DNA from: Rickettsiales bacterium
Lineage (GTDB): Bacteria > Pseudomonadota > Alphaproteobacteria > Rs-D84 > CACZYB01
Direction: 5' to 3'
DNA: 62,581 nucleotides
Assembly: GCA_031263095.1 (NCBI GenBank)
Contig: JAISGI010000036.1
Coordinates: 1 to 62,581 of the forward strand
A program made the translations under genes and the position numbers. This document shows positions 1 to 9,261 of the stretch, piece by piece (position 1 is the stretch's first letter; each line of letters starts with the position of its first letter). The notes below the pieces were generated by a model. The model had not been told where the DNA came from. It saw only the letters and a list, made by a program, of their open reading frames with translations, and searched no databases.

Positions 1-990
1 TATGGAGGCCAAGCTTAAGGCCGAGTGTTCCATATTTGCGACCACGCCGGAAATCTTCTCGGCCGAAATGTTGGCTTTGATTATGAACTGCCCGGTCTTG
101 TCCTCGACCTTGGCAAGTATCTGCTCGGCACGGGTTTCGAGTGCCCCGGCCGCCGCCTGCACAACCGTCCCCGCCTGCGAAAGATTGTCCCTAGCCTCCG
201 CAGTACGGGCAAGTGCGGCCTCGACCGTCGCGTCAAGCTCGCCTTTCTTGGCCGAAACACCATCCAAAATCCTGCCCGTAGTCTCAAGCGTCTGGCCAAG
301 CGAGTACTCAAGCGCGCTCGTCTGCGCAAGTATCCCCTTCGCCGCCGCCGCAGCCTTTTCCTCGGTAATCGCAGAATTCGAAGCAAGCCGCGCCGCATTC
401 TCGCTTAAATTATCAAGCATGGCAGTCGCCTTGCCCTCCAAATCCGCACTCGCCCGCGCCAGCTCCGAGGTAAGGAGGCCAAGCTTGCCCTCATACCCGG
501 TCGCCGCGGCGATTGCGGCCTCCATTGAATCTTTCCCCTCGCGCGTAGTCTTCTCCATCTGGGAATATAAGGAAGACATCGAGGAGACGAGCGAGGCAAG
601 CGCCTCCGATTCGACGCTTATCTTCTGCTTGATTACGGCGATGATTGCGCCCTGGTCGCCGTGCGGGTCGACTATGCTCTGAATAAAGGGATATATGACC
701 TCTCGCTCGTAGTTCGAGTTCATGTTGCGGTCAACATACATTGCAATCATCCATATGAAGCCGACCGGCATTATGGTTCCGGCCAAAAACCCGCCAAACT
801 CGTGCGGAAGCATTTTAAGGAGGGAGGCCGAGGTATAAATGCTGTTCCTCGCGTAATAGATGATAAGCCCCGCCCACACAAGGGACAGCAGTCCGGCAAA
901 ACCATATAGATACGCCGGCCGTATGCGACGATAACCGTAAGTCCGGTTGAACTCGTCGTAGTTGTGTTTAAGCTCTTTGACCGCTGCCAT
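1..990 (-). CDS. hypothetical membrane / coiled-coil protein, C-terminus cut by the window edge; not in the supplied ORF track
   Basis: Hand translation of the reverse strand from ATG at 988-990 gives MAAVKELKHNYDEFNRTYGYRRIRPAYLYGFAGLLSLVWAGLIIYYARN... It contains two hydrophobic segments followed by an Ala/Leu/Glu-rich coiled-coil. I checked it as open over 661-990 and it appears open to position 1. The listed + ORF 2..682 is its Ala/Ser-rich antisense shadow. Confidence 0.5.
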   Translation of the reverse strand, partial: MAAVKELKHNYDEFNRTYGYRRIRPAYLYGFAGLLSLVWAGLIIYYARNSIYTSASLLKMLPHEFGGFLAGTIMPVGFIWMIAMYVDRNMNSNYEREVIYPFIQSIVDPHGDQGAIIAVIKQKISVESEALASLVSSMSSLYSQMEKTTREGKDSMEAAIAAATGYEGKLGLLTSELARASADLEGKATAMLDNLSENAARLASNSAITEEKAAAAAKGILAQTSALEYSLGQTLETTGRILDGVSAKKGELDATVEAALARTAEARDNLSQAGTVVQAAAGALETRAEQILAKVEDKTGQFIIKANISAEKISGVVANMEHSALSLASI

Positions 991-1053
991 TTTTTATTGC
1001 TTTCTTCGGTTATTATGATAGCATATGTTTGCTCTTAAAGCGAGGAAAAAGTT

Positions 1054-1617
1054 TTGTCGATAGCCTTATTGCTGCTGCTTCTGTTCTGCTCCGGCGTGCG
1101 CGCCCAGGGCGCTTTCGAGCAAAGGCACAGCCTTATGCAGACGAAAATCGAGGATTTGAAGGCGGACGAAACCGCCGCCGGCTTCGAGATTAAATCCGCC
1201 GCCGACATGCCCGAGGAGGAGCCACCAGCGCCCGTTCCCGAACCCAAACCCGAACCGGCTCAGCCGCCGCCTCTTCCCGTCTCCGACGGCCGTATAATCC
1301 TAAAGCCCTTGAAACTCGACGCCGCCGCAAGGCGCCGGTATTTCGAGGATGACAATGCGCCCGTACAAGTAGAAACCGCAGGCATCGCCATGGCCCACGT
1401 GGCTTCGTACCTTGACAAGGACGCAGCCCTTGGCGGATATAAAAACCTCTCCGCCAAATACCCGCAGGTCCTGCGCCTCGAACCGTCCATAGCGCACGAG
1501 GAGGTTCCCGGCCGCGGCCTTTTCTATAGGCTCTATTTGATAGGCGACAGGAACGCCTTGGCAAGCCTTTGCTCTGAAATGCATACCTTGAACGATTGGT
1601 GCCTGGTGGTGAAATGA
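1054..1617 (+). CDS. secreted SPOR-domain protein
   Basis: Signal-like N-terminus (SIALLLLLLFCSGVRAQG), a Pro/Glu-rich linker, and a C-terminal SPOR-like segment (GLFYRLYLIGDRNALASLC). Confidence 0.6.
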   Translation: MSIALLLLLLFCSGVRAQGAFEQRHSLMQTKIEDLKADETAAGFEIKSAADMPEEEPPAPVPEPKPEPAQPPPLPVSDGRIILKPLKLDAAARRRYFEDDNAPVQVETAGIAMAHVASYLDKDAALGGYKNLSAKYPQVLRLEPSIAHEEVPGRGLFYRLYLIGDRNALASLCSEMHTLNDWCLVVK

Positions 1618-2426
1618 GCTGTTTGGACGACATAAAAAACGATAGGCTCGAGGTAAGGCTTGCAAAAACGCCCGCGGAAATCCTCGCCGCGCAAAGGCTC
1701 CGCTATCACGTGTTCTTCGAGGAGGACGGCGTAACGAACACTACCCGCGCTGGCGATACCGCAATCCCCACCCACGGGGAAAAAATCGACATAGACGAGT
1801 TCGATGCCGTGTGCGACCACCTGATTGCCATAGACCTGACAACCAACCGCCCGGCCGAGCAAAGCATAGTCGGCACCTATCGGCTGATGCGCAAGGAGGG
1901 CCGCGCCAAAATCGGCAAATGGTACTCCGAAACCGAGTTTAACGTCGAAAAATTCAACACGCTCGAAGGCGAGATACTCGAGCTTGGACGCTCCTGCGTA
2001 GCCAAGTCGCACCGGAACCGCCTTACCATGCAGATGATGTGGAACGCGCTTGCCGCCTACATGTTCGACTATAAAATAGAGCTTATGTTCGGCTGCGGCA
2101 CGTTCCTGGGGACAAACCCGGACGAGTATGCCGACGCGCTCTCCTACCTATACTATAACCACGTCGAAACCGGCGCCATGAAAATATCTGCCAAGGGCGA
2201 AAACGCCCGCCCCATGAACCTGCTTCCCAAGGATGAAATCGACGAGGCCAAGGCCATGGCCCAAATGCCTACCATGATAAAAGGGTATATAAGGATTGGC
2301 GCCAGGATAAGCGATTCTTGCTGGATAGATTGGGGCTTCAACGGCTTCGACGTGTGCATAATATTCGAGACTAAAAACCTCCGCGCCGATTATCTGAAAC
2401 ATTACGAAAGGATGAAGAATGGCTAA
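1614..2426 (+). CDS. olsB: ornithine-lipid N-acyltransferase OlsB-like (GNAT / hemolysin-like family)
   Basis: The motifs LEVRLAKTPAEILAAQRLRYHVFFEE, DEFDAVCDHLIAID, VGTYRLM, ELGRSCVAKSHRN and MFGCGTF match the OlsB family as I recall it. The start was moved to ATG 1614. Confidence 0.75.
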   Translation: MSCLDDIKNDRLEVRLAKTPAEILAAQRLRYHVFFEEDGVTNTTRAGDTAIPTHGEKIDIDEFDAVCDHLIAIDLTTNRPAEQSIVGTYRLMRKEGRAKIGKWYSETEFNVEKFNTLEGEILELGRSCVAKSHRNRLTMQMMWNALAAYMFDYKIELMFGCGTFLGTNPDEYADALSYLYYNHVETGAMKISAKGENARPMNLLPKDEIDEAKAMAQMPTMIKGYIRIGARISDSCWIDWGFNGFDVCIIFETKNLRADYLKHYERMKNG

Positions 2427-3339
2427 GCTCCGCCTCGCCATCTTGGGCATGGGCCGCATAAGCGCCTATCATATCGAGGCTGCAAAGGCAAACGGCCGGT
2501 TCGAGGTCGTATCCACCTGCGACAATTCCAAGGTCGCCTGCGCCGACTATACCAACTTCGCCGAAATGCTTGACAAGGCAAAACCGAACGTCGTGGCGAT
2601 TTGCACCCCCAACGCCATGCACTACGAAAACGCGCTGATGGCATTGAAAGAGGGCGCAAGCGTCATAGTCGAAAAGCCCCTCGCGCTGAAGGTAAGCGAG
2701 GCCGAGCACCTGTTCGAAACCTCCCAAAAGCGCGGCCTGCACGTCTTCCCGGTATATCAGAACCGCTTCAATCCTACAATCGCCGCGGCCAAAACCGCGC
2801 TTGACGAGGGAAAATTCGGCCGCCTGCGCCTGATTTCGGCCAACATCCTGTGGCATAGGGACACCGGATATTATAACTCCTGGCGCGCAGACAAAAGCGG
2901 CGGAGTCGTGATAAATCAGGCCTCGCATTATATAGACTTGATACATTGGTTCGCAGCCGATAAACCGGCCAGTATAAGCACAGAGGACGACGGCCGCACC
3001 GCCGCCGCCGCGATAAGGTTCGAAAACGGCATAATCGCATCGCTGACCGCGACCACCGCCGCGCCAAGCGATTTCGAGGGCTCGCTGACGATAATAGGCG
3101 ACAAGGGACTCGTCAAAATCGCCGGCCCCGCCCTAAATAGCATTGCCGAATGGCAGTTCGCGGACAAGTCGGAAAACCCCGCCGTTTCCTACGATACCAA
3201 ATCCGTCTATGGCTTCGGGCACAAGGAGTTCTATAGGGCCGCAGCCGCTACGCTCGAGGGGCTCGCCCCGTTCCCGATTTCCCACGCTGACGCCCTGAAA
3301 TCTCTTGACCTTTTGCTAAAAATAGCGTATAATAAGTAG
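2419..3339 (+). CDS. Gfo/Idh/MocA family NAD(P)-dependent oxidoreductase
   Basis: N-terminal Rossmann motif [12 protein letters not shown], followed by [12 protein letters not shown], which is typical of this family. Confidence 0.8.
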   Translation: MAKLRLAILGMGRISAYHIEAAKANGRFEVVSTCDNSKVACADYTNFAEMLDKAKPNVVAICTPNAMHYENALMALKEGASVIVEKPLALKVSEAEHLFETSQKRGLHVFPVYQNRFNPTIAAAKTALDEGKFGRLRLISANILWHRDTGYYNSWRADKSGGVVINQASHYIDLIHWFAADKPASISTEDDGRTAAAAIRFENGIIASLTATTAAPSDFEGSLTIIGDKGLVKIAGPALNSIAEWQFADKSENPAVSYDTKSVYGFGHKEFYRAAAATLEGLAPFPISHADALKSLDLLLKIAYNK

Positions 3340-3341
3340 TC

Positions 3342-4592
3342 ATGACAGACGAAAATACTATAAAATATTGCTCGTTTTGCGGCAAGTCTCAGCATGAGGC
3401 GAAAAAGCTTATCGCCGGGCCAAGCGTGTATATCTGCGACAACTGTATCGCGCTCTGCGCTAATATTATAAAGGAGGAGAATAAAAAGGCGCTCGAAACC
3501 GGCGCCAAGGACTCCCCCACGCCCCAGGCCATGTCCGAACACCTCGACGATTATGTGATAGGCCAGTTGCGCGCGAAAAAGACCCTCTCCGTCGCCGTCT
3601 ATAACCATTACAAACGGCTCTACAATACGGAAATCAAGAACGAGGTCGAAATAAGTAAAAGCAACATATTGCTTATCGGCCCCACCGGCTCCGGCAAGAC
3701 TTTGCTTGCAAGCACGCTTGCCAAAATCCTCGACGTTCCGTTCACTATTGCCGACGCCACCACGCTGACCGAGGCTGGATATGTCGGCGAAGATGTCGAG
3801 AATATCCTCGTCCGCCTGCTCCAGGCCACGAATTACGATGTGGCCAAGGCGCAAAAGGGCATAGTCTATATCGACGAGATAGACAAGATTTCAAGGAAGG
3901 GCGAAAATCCCTCGCTTACCCGCGATGTTTCCGGCGAAGGCGTCCAGCAGGCGCTCTTGAAGCTTATCGAGGGCACGACCGTCGCCGTCCCGCCACAGGG
4001 CGGCCGCAAACACCCGCAGCAGGAGTATATCCAGTTCGATACCTCCAACGTGCTCTTCATCTGCGGCGGCGCGTTCGCAGGCATCGACAAGGTGGTCGAG
4101 CAACGCACACGCGAAACCTCCATGGGCTTCGGCGCGAACGTCAAGGGCAAGGAGGACAGGAAAGTCTCCGAACTTCTCGTTATGATAGAGCCCGAGGATA
4201 TAGTCAAATACGGACTCATACCCGAGCTTGTCGGCCGCCTGCCGGTCATCGTCACGCTGGACGAGCTTGACGAGGAGGCACTGGTCAGCATTCTGACCGA
4301 GCCGAAAAACGCCCTCACCAAGCAGTATAAGGCATTGTTCGATATGGAGGGGGTCGAGCTTGAATTCACCGGCGACAGCCTGACCGAAATCGCGCGCCAG
4401 GCGATAAAAAGGAAAACCGGCGCACGCGGCCTGCGCTCGATTGTCGAGAATCTTCTCCTGGACATAATGTTCACCCTGCCCGATTCGAAATCCATCGCGA
4501 AAGTCGTCGTGAACAGGGAGGCTCTGCAGACAGGAGGAAAACCGATTCTCATATACGACAAGGACAAGGAATTGGAAAAGAAAATAGTTTGA
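3342..4592 (+). CDS. clpX: ATP-dependent Clp protease ATP-binding subunit ClpX
   Basis: N-terminal zinc finger CSFCGKS...CDNC, Walker A GPTGSGKT, and the characteristic ClpX motifs ([21 protein letters not shown]). Confidence 0.97.
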   Translation: MTDENTIKYCSFCGKSQHEAKKLIAGPSVYICDNCIALCANIIKEENKKALETGAKDSPTPQAMSEHLDDYVIGQLRAKKTLSVAVYNHYKRLYNTEIKNEVEISKSNILLIGPTGSGKTLLASTLAKILDVPFTIADATTLTEAGYVGEDVENILVRLLQATNYDVAKAQKGIVYIDEIDKISRKGENPSLTRDVSGEGVQQALLKLIEGTTVAVPPQGGRKHPQQEYIQFDTSNVLFICGGAFAGIDKVVEQRTRETSMGFGANVKGKEDRKVSELLVMIEPEDIVKYGLIPELVGRLPVIVTLDELDEEALVSILTEPKNALTKQYKALFDMEGVELEFTGDSLTEIARQAIKRKTGARGLRSIVENLLLDIMFTLPDSKSIAKVVVNREALQTGGKPILIYDKDKELEKKIV

Positions 4593-4599
4593 CGACCCG

Positions 4600-4624
4600 T
4601 CGCCCCGCAAGGGGCGATTTTTTT
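4600..4624 (+). terminator. rho-independent terminator after clpX
   Basis: Stem TCGCCCC, loop GCAA, stem GGGGCGA, followed by T7. Confidence 0.7.
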
Positions 4625-4643
4625 AACAAGAAAGGAGGTTTAT

Positions 4644-4811
4644 ATGCAACATCGCACGAACAAGGAAATCCACCACGAACGCGAACCTTGGTTCCAAATC
4701 GCCCAGTCGTCCATGACGGATACCGAACTGAACCGCCTCAAGGCCATGCTGGACAAGGAAAAGGCAACGGGCGAAATATCCTCTGGAGCAGGGTCAAGCT
4801 TATGGTCATAA
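4644..4811 (+). CDS. small hypothetical protein (55 aa), below the ORF-track size cut-off
   Basis: A strong SD (AAAGGAGG) lies 7 nt upstream of the ATG. Hand translation gives MQHRTNKEIHHEREPWFQIAQSSMTDTELNRLKAMLDKEKATGEISSGAGSSLWS. Confidence 0.35.
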   Translation: MQHRTNKEIHHEREPWFQIAQSSMTDTELNRLKAMLDKEKATGEISSGAGSSLWS

Positions 4812-4950
4812 ACGACGAGCTTCACTGGCGAAGCCGCATGCACAAACCGTCGGCCAATGCCGCTCCAAGCACCGTCGGAGTGGTGATAAATTTTCCATTG
4901 CACGAGCGTATAGCCTCTGCTAGGATTGCCGCCGGCGCCTGCAAAGAATA

Positions 4951-5664
4951 ATGAAACTTACTTATACGGAGAAAATGAAAGTGAACGAAAATATAGTGGC
5001 AATCGACGGACCCGCGGGCGTTGGAAAAGGCACGCTGACCAGGAATTTATGCAACAAGTACGGCTTCGTCGGCCTAGACACCGGAAGCCTTTATAGGGCG
5101 ATAACACTCTACCTTATGCGCCAAGGGTACGATATGGAGAAAATCGACCCGGCGCGTGCGGTCGAGGAGACAAAAAAGATTTCCGACAATCACGAGATAC
5201 TGAAATACGCCGCCGACCCGGAAATCCGCTCCGCCCTCAATTCGAAATATGTATATGTCGTGGCCGACAACGCACCGTTGAGGGAGGTTATAAAGGACTA
5301 CCAGGTCGACTTCGGCCGCAGCCCGCCGCCTCTTGCAAACGGTACACCCGCCAAGGGAGCCGTGGTCGAGGGCAGGGATATAGGAACGATAATCTTCCCC
5401 GACGCGCCCGTGAAAATATTTCTGACCGCCGCGCCGGAAATCAAGGCAAGCCGACGCTACGACGAATACGTGTCCAAGGGCATAGAGGCCGACTATAAAA
5501 GCATACTTGCCGAAATGGTCAAACGCGACGAGGCCGACCGCACACGGAAAGTCGGAACCCTTGTCCCGGCAAAGGACTCGCTTATACTCGACACCTCGGA
5601 CAAGTCGCGCGAAGAGGTGCTTGCCTGGGCCTCGAAAGTCGTCGAAGAACGCCTGAAACTATAA
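4951..5664 (+). CDS. cmk: cytidylate kinase (alternative start ATG 4975)
   Basis: P-loop IAIDGPAGVGKGT, LDTGSLYRA and GRDIGTIIFPDA match Cmk. Confidence 0.9.
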   Translation: MKLTYTEKMKVNENIVAIDGPAGVGKGTLTRNLCNKYGFVGLDTGSLYRAITLYLMRQGYDMEKIDPARAVEETKKISDNHEILKYAADPEIRSALNSKYVYVVADNAPLREVIKDYQVDFGRSPPPLANGTPAKGAVVEGRDIGTIIFPDAPVKIFLTAAPEIKASRRYDEYVSKGIEADYKSILAEMVKRDEADRTRKVGTLVPAKDSLILDTSDKSREEVLAWASKVVEERLKL

Positions 5665-5676
5665 AAATCAAAGCTG

Positions 5677-5754
5677 AAAAAAGGCCAGGGTTCCCCCGGC
5701 CTTTTTTCTCCTACTCCCAATTGAAAATATCGCGAAGCGAGATTTTCAATTGAG
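5677..5754. repeat. bipartite hairpin element, copy E1 (terminator hairpin plus CAATTGAAAA palindrome)
   Basis: The element consists of three parts. First is the hairpin A6-GGCCAGGG-ttc-CCCCGGCC-T6. Second is the linker CTCCTACTCC. Third is the hairpin CAATTGAAAAT-N13-ATTTTCAATTG. The right arm encodes the last codons and stop (CTC AAT TGA) of the minus-strand gene that ends at 5746. Confidence 0.75.
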
Positions 5755-6398
5755 CCTATATATCGAGTACGTAATCTGCTTCGCCGGGTCGTACATTACA
5801 TCCGTTTGAGCAACACCCGGAGTCGTGGTCTTGTCCCAAGTCCAAAATTTATAAACCGCATAGCCGGCAGAGGAGGTGCTAAGCACAATCTCGGCATTGC
5901 TCCCGGTGCCAGTCCATTCGAGGCCGTACGCTATGATAGAGCCGCTGCTTGTAAAAAAGTTGCTCCCGTCGCCTGTCCAGCCAAGCGAATATGCGAATTC
6001 CCGGTCGAAAATGGCCACGCGCGAAACCCTCTGGTTCTGCGCTCCAATCGCAAGGTCGAAACGATAGATTCCAAGGCCAAGCACGCCTCTGCCAAGCACG
6101 GTGCCAAAATTTCCGGCCGCACTGGCGACAAGCTGCCAGCGGCTGACGGCCGGCGTCCCGATACAGGACGAAACCTCGCCAGCTGAGATACTCGGACTGC
6201 CAAGCTTTGGTGCCAGGAATTGGCATGCCTCGGACACGGGCACGGTCGCCCCCTCAGGGCATAGCTCCGGCGTAAAACACGCCGAACAGGTATAATAGTT
6301 TGATGAGTTAGAGTTGTTGGCAGATAGTAGAAGAAGTGCGAATGCTAGGTATTTAGCCTTTTGCCCCCCCCCGTACACTTTTTGTTCATATATGTCAT
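5746..6398 (-). CDS. family-A small secreted Cys-containing protein, copy A1; phase-variable and out of frame with its ATG at the assembled G9
   Basis: ATG ACA TAT ATG AAC AAA AAG TGT ACG-G9 reads MTYMNKKCTGGGKRLNT-stop. The long ORF (..QKAKYLAFALLLLSANNSNSSNYYTCSAC.. to ..IYRLN) joins that ATG only at G10 or G7. A GTG at 6378 is in frame but sits far from the SD. Confidence 0.7.
6364..6372 (-). repeat. poly-G tract (G9 on the coding strand) in the 5' codons of A1
   Basis: C9 counted directly on the + strand. Confidence 0.95.
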
Positions 6399-6446
6399 TG
6401 TCGTCTTTCTCCTTTGGTTAGACTTAGACATGATACAACAAAAAGC

Positions 6447-7016
6447 TTACCTTTTCAAGTTCAACTTTGTGAAATAGAGGGTATCCACAAACCGCCCGTC
6501 CGGCTTGCTGTACCGGTCTTTGATGAAGTGTCCTTCAAGCTTGTACCCCGCACGCTTGGCCACCGCCGCGCTCTTTTTGTTCCGCTCGTCGCAGCGTATG
6601 GAGATTCGCGAAATCCCCGCCTTGAATAGTTCCGCTTCGACAAGCGCCAAGGCTTCGCCCATAAATCCATTGCCCTCCGCTCCCGCGTCAAGCATGTATC
6701 CGATTTCGCACGACCGGTCGCGCCCGCTGAACTTCTGGAAGTCTATCGCACCGACCATCTTGCCACCCGCGAATATGCCATAGTTCAGCATGCCCCACTC
6801 CTTGCGCTCCTTCTCCCAGCGCAAAAGAGCACGAAACTCGTCCTCGGCGCACTTGACCTCAAGCACCCAGTCAAGCCACGGAAGCAGATGCTCCCGGTTC
6901 GCCTGAACAAACGCGAACAACAGCTCCGCACTGGCGAAAGTAGTGGGCAGAGTCCTCAACACCACTCGCTCGCCGACAAGCCTCTTCCGCGCTTTTACAT
7001 ATTTCAAGTCCGTCAT
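6447..7016 (-). CDS. GNAT family N-acetyltransferase (RimJ/RimL-like)
   Basis: Shows the pattern typical of the RimJ/RimL-like acetyltransferase subfamily, including CEIGYMLDAGAEGNGFMGEALALV and KRAGYKLEGHF. Confidence 0.8.
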   Translation of the reverse strand: MTDLKYVKARKRLVGERVVLRTLPTTFASAELLFAFVQANREHLLPWLDWVLEVKCAEDEFRALLRWEKERKEWGMLNYGIFAGGKMVGAIDFQKFSGRDRSCEIGYMLDAGAEGNGFMGEALALVEAELFKAGISRISIRCDERNKKSAAVAKRAGYKLEGHFIKDRYSKPDGRFVDTLYFTKLNLKR

Positions 7017-8206
7017 TTTTCCACCTCATATAACTCTAAATCCGGATACCCGTCCGGATATATGTCCCGCCCGGACTTGTATTTCGTAATCCCGCGCACG
7101 ACAAGATTTTTCTGATATTCCTTCACCGCGCGAAGCGTAGCCCGGCCGAGGATTCCATCCACCGGCGCCCCGATTCGCTCCTGAAGCTCCTTGAGCTGCT
7201 CGATACTTAAAGGACGCACATCCACATCCGGCCGCCGGCTAAGCTCGTCGCCCTTGCCAACGATAGCGTCCGACAAAAGCCCGACCGAAAGCGCATACGA
7301 CACGCTCGCGTTCCACTTCATTATAAGCTTGAAATTCGGATAGACCAAAAACGCCGGCCCTGTGTCCCCCTGCGGCATGACAAGCGCGGCAGAAATGTCC
7401 GAACTCGGCAATTCGCTCCCGTCATACGCGCGAACACCCATCGCCGCCCACTCCGAAACCGTCTTGTACTCATAAAGGTTCACAGCCTCCCAAGCCTCGG
7501 CGTTCTCCTGCGCGAACCGCACCGCACGACCCCACTTCTCGCGCCCGTTCCATCCCATCTGCGAAAGATAGTTCGCGGCCGAGGAAAACGCGTCGGCCAA
7601 ATTGGAGAAAAGGTCGATTTTCTTGTCCCCGCTGCCGTCGATTGCATAGCGGACGAACGTAGAGGGCATGAATTGGAAATTCCCGAACGCCCCCGCCCAA
7701 GAACCTTTCGCCGACGCCGCCAAGTGCCCGTTTCCAACGATTCGCACGAACTCGACAAGCTCGCGCGTGAAGAACTCCGCCCGCCGCCCATCATACGCAA
7801 GCGTGGCAAGCGCACTGGCAAGCGCGAACCCGCCGAAATTCCGGCCATAGTTCGTCTCCATCCCCCAAAACGCGACAAGGATATGAGGCTGTACTTTGTA
7901 CTTGCGCGCGATTTGCTCGAGAAGCTTCGCATGCTTGCGCATCATCTCGCGGCCCGAGGCGATTCGCGCCGGGCTCATCGCCGCATCGTAATACTTCCAA
8001 AAGGATTTGATGAACTCCGGCTGCTTGCGGTCAAGCTCGACGATTTTCGGCTCATAAACAGCAATCGCAAGGACGGAATCGACGGGCGCCTGCGCAAGCT
8101 TGTGCTTTGCCGCCGCCTCGGCCTTGAACCGCCCCGCCCATTCCTCGAAAGTCTCGGCAAACGCCGGAGAGGATATTAGTAACGCGACTAAAAGGAGCGT
8201 CCTCAA
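7013..8206 (-). CDS. lytic murein transglycosylase (MltB/SLT_2-like) with a C-terminal peptidoglycan-binding domain
   Basis: Signal peptide, FWGMETNYG, GAFGNFQFMPSTF, and a C-terminal PG_binding_1-like segment (LQERIGAPVDGILGRATLRAVKEYQ). Confidence 0.85.
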   Translation of the reverse strand: MRTLLLVALLISSPAFAETFEEWAGRFKAEAAAKHKLAQAPVDSVLAIAVYEPKIVELDRKQPEFIKSFWKYYDAAMSPARIASGREMMRKHAKLLEQIARKYKVQPHILVAFWGMETNYGRNFGGFALASALATLAYDGRRAEFFTRELVEFVRIVGNGHLAASAKGSWAGAFGNFQFMPSTFVRYAIDGSGDKKIDLFSNLADAFSSAANYLSQMGWNGREKWGRAVRFAQENAEAWEAVNLYEYKTVSEWAAMGVRAYDGSELPSSDISAALVMPQGDTGPAFLVYPNFKLIMKWNASVSYALSVGLLSDAIVGKGDELSRRPDVDVRPLSIEQLKELQERIGAPVDGILGRATLRAVKEYQKNLVVRGITKYKSGRDIYPDGYPDLELYEVEK

Positions 8207-8730
8207 ATCTTGACCTCAAGCTCTTGGATCTTTTTATCCAGCTCATCTATAATCTCATCCGTGACATCAAGCGACTTGTTGATGATGACAATGGTCTGGG
8301 CATAGAGTATTACGTCGAAGCCATGCTGCTTCCCGACATTGCGCACGATGCCGTCAAGATAGTCCTCCTGAAGCTTTTTAAGCGTATCGACGAAAGCCTT
8401 CTTTATCTTCTGGTCGCGCTCGGCAATCTGCTTGTCGAAGTCGATGACCTCGCGCTGGAAAGCGCCGGCCTCTTTGGCGAAAGCCTCTTGCGACATGACA
8501 AGTTGCTTGGATTTCAGCTCGCTCTCCTTCTTCTCGAACTCCTTGCGCTTTTTCTCTATGTCGGCCTTCATGCCGTCAAGTGCCTTGTCCTTCTGCTTGT
8601 TTATTGAGCGCATGACCTTGGCCTTTTCGTTTATGCGCGAACCATCCATTATCCCGGCCTTGATTGGCGAAGCTTCCTGCGCCGACACCGCGCCAGCAAG
8701 GAACAATAGGGTAAGTAGCATTTTTTTCAT
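8203..8730 (-). CDS. OmpH/Skp family periplasmic chaperone
   Basis: Signal peptide followed by a Lys/Glu-rich coiled-coil of about 175 aa. It lies in an envelope-gene context. Confidence 0.75.
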   Translation of the reverse strand: MKKMLLTLLFLAGAVSAQEASPIKAGIMDGSRINEKAKVMRSINKQKDKALDGMKADIEKKRKEFEKKESELKSKQLVMSQEAFAKEAGAFQREVIDFDKQIAERDQKIKKAFVDTLKKLQEDYLDGIVRNVGKQHGFDVILYAQTIVIINKSLDVTDEIIDELDKKIQELEVKI

Positions 8731-8744
8731 TTTATTTTTCTCCT

Positions 8745-9164
8745 TTATTCATATTTAATTACATAATTCAAGGTTGCCGCCGGCTGCTTGTCCGCGAACG
8801 CGCCGCGCATGTCCGGAGTGCGCTCACCGACAATCGCACGAAGTGCGTTGTACCGCGCGTCCTTTGGAATCTCGGCCCCGTCGCACCAAAGATAGCCCGA
8901 GGGCAATCGCGATGCCGACCATACCGAAACCATACCGACCGGTAATGAGGAAGAGCTTCCCGCGGACATTGTACCGCCGCTTGCCGTACCGCTTGCGTCG
9001 GCCGATTGCTTCTTCGAGCTTGCCGCCCGCTTGGACTTCTTGGCCGCGCGCACGGATTTTTTCGAAGAGCTGGCCCGCGCCGACTTTTTCTTCGCCGCCA
9101 TAGCCTCGTCCGCATTGAACATCGTCAAAAGGGCGAGCACAAGAACCGTCGGAAATATCCTCAT
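8745..9164 (-). CDS. small secreted protein: Lys/Ala/Ser-rich basic spacer plus a phage tail-collar-like domain
   Basis: It starts with the signal peptide MRIFPTVLVLALL and a basic spacer (AKKKSARASSSKKSVRAAKKSKRAASSKK). The C-terminal segment VGMVSVWSASRLPSGYLWCDGAEIPKDARYNALRAIVGERTPDMRGAF fits the tail-collar pattern (W..P.GWL.CDG...Y..L...G...PD.RG). Confidence 0.55.
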   Translation of the reverse strand: MRIFPTVLVLALLTMFNADEAMAAKKKSARASSSKKSVRAAKKSKRAASSKKQSADASGTASGGTMSAGSSSSLPVGMVSVWSASRLPSGYLWCDGAEIPKDARYNALRAIVGERTPDMRGAFADKQPAATLNYVIKYE

Positions 9165-9232
9165 TTTTCCCATCCATAACCTTGGAGGCAATCATACCCT
9201 CGAACTTTCGCATTCGCAAGGAAAATATTTAA

Positions 9233-9259
9233 GAAAAAAGCCCCCTTGCGGAGGCTTTT
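9233..9259 (-). terminator. rho-independent terminator after gap
   Basis: On the minus strand: GCCTCC-gcaa-GGGGGC followed by a T-run. Confidence 0.65.
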
Positions 9260-9261
9260 GA

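Noticed and set aside
2-682. Track ORF 2..682(+), 226 aa, Ala/Ser-rich.
   Set aside because: Its low-complexity composition is typical of the antisense frame of a GC-rich gene. The reverse strand carries a better ORF (1..990) with transmembrane segments and a coiled-coil.
4589-4951. Track ORF 4589..4951(+), 120 aa, between clpX and cmk.
   Set aside because: It starts inside the clpX stop and terminator region and has no SD. A short SD-linked ORF (4644..4811) in another frame is more plausible, and the rest is probably non-coding.
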